Shown here: piece after piece, positions 23,859 through 24,279 of the stretch
How the letters are laid out: each line of letters starts with the position of its first letter
Numbering within the stretch: the stretch's first letter is position 1
Source of the DNA: a virus
Taxonomy: Duplodnaviria; Caudoviricetes
Virus record (IMG/VR): IMGVR_UViG_3300020436_000094
Span: 1 to 24,279 of that record
Direction: 5' to 3' (one strand)
DNA: 24,279 nt
Notes under the pieces: model-generated
What the model was told of the DNA's origin: nothing
The model's input: the letters and a program-made list of their open reading frames with translations, nothing else
Databases searched by the model: none
Position numbers and translations under genes: made by a program

Positions 23859-24279
23859 ACTCCGTGTCTATAGGTACAAACTCTGTTTTGTTGTCTATAG
23901 CTGCTCTTCTTTTTAATTTTTGTACATATTTGTCATAGTCTGGTCTTTCTATATCATACTTCTTCCACTGTGCTTCTGCCTCTGCACCTATTTTACCTTC
24001 AAATGGACAAGGTGTGCCAGCGTTTTCCATAGCAGAAAAAACTCTATCATCTTGGCATAGTATAGCTATACTAGCTACACGCATATTAAAATCATACAAT
24101 AGTTTACTTAGTTTCATTCTTTCGCAGTTTTCGTCAGTTATAAATGTACCTCCAGCTACACCAAATCCGGTTACTTGTACACCACCACTTACTCCTACTA
24201 CACATAAGTCTTGAGAGTAACTACTCATACTAGGTGCTATTGCAGAACTTACTGGTATTGCTTGACTCTCTGTGTTGTT
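23833..24279 (-). CDS. Cys-motif protein of a conserved marine phage family, 5'-truncated by the window edge
   Basis: Frame is open to the edge (NNTESQAIPVSSAIAPSMSSYSQDLC...). Motifs DENCERMKLSK, LCQD.RVF.AM and AGTPCP. Confidence 0.8.
   Translation of the reverse strand, partial: NNTESQAIPVSSAIAPSMSSYSQDLCVVGVSGGVQVTGFGVAGGTFITDENCERMKLSKLLYDFNMRVASIAILCQDDRVFSAMENAGTPCPFEGKIGAEAEAQWKKYDIERPDYDKYVQKLKRRAAIDNKTEFVPIDTEYDLYGDDD

Noticed and set aside
11832-24214. Antisense or nested track ORFs (e.g. 17114-17446, 18372-18773, 19344-19790, 21821-22018, 22773-23018)
   Set aside because: They overlap confident genes and show antisense-type composition.

Overview
This is a segment of a low-GC (about one third G+C by eye) tailed dsDNA phage genome. 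Several small genes resemble, from recall, families seen in marine phages. Layout: (1) a minus-strand late/virion operon from ~9761 running off the left edge (sigma-region-2-like ORF, HTH/TerS-like ORF, small basic proteins, a probable spanin pair, terminase large subunit, portal, scaffold, major capsid protein, adaptor, tail fibre); (2) a divergent control region at ~9780-11560 with promoters, a terminator, iteron-like repeats, operator-like palindromes and a structured RNA leader; (3) a plus-strand early/replication operon at 10219-21954 (many small hypotheticals, DnaB-type helicase, PD-(D/E)XK endonuclease, primase, family A DNA polymerase fused to a family-4 UDG-like domain, putative SSB, Cas4-like exonuclease, Hjc-like resolvase); (4) a convergent minus-strand block of membrane/secreted proteins from 22008 to the right edge. 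No integrase, clear repressor, endolysin, tRNA or CRISPR array was recognised. The most interesting signals are an apparently split sigma factor (region-2 ORF plus a region-4-like HTH on a TerS-like protein), six copies of a 17-bp palindrome WGCGGGA-N3-TCCCGCA, a pseudoknotted RNA leader, and an exact 16-bp DnaA-box-containing direct repeat bracketing the early module. All protein family calls are by eye from motifs and gene order; no database searches were run.
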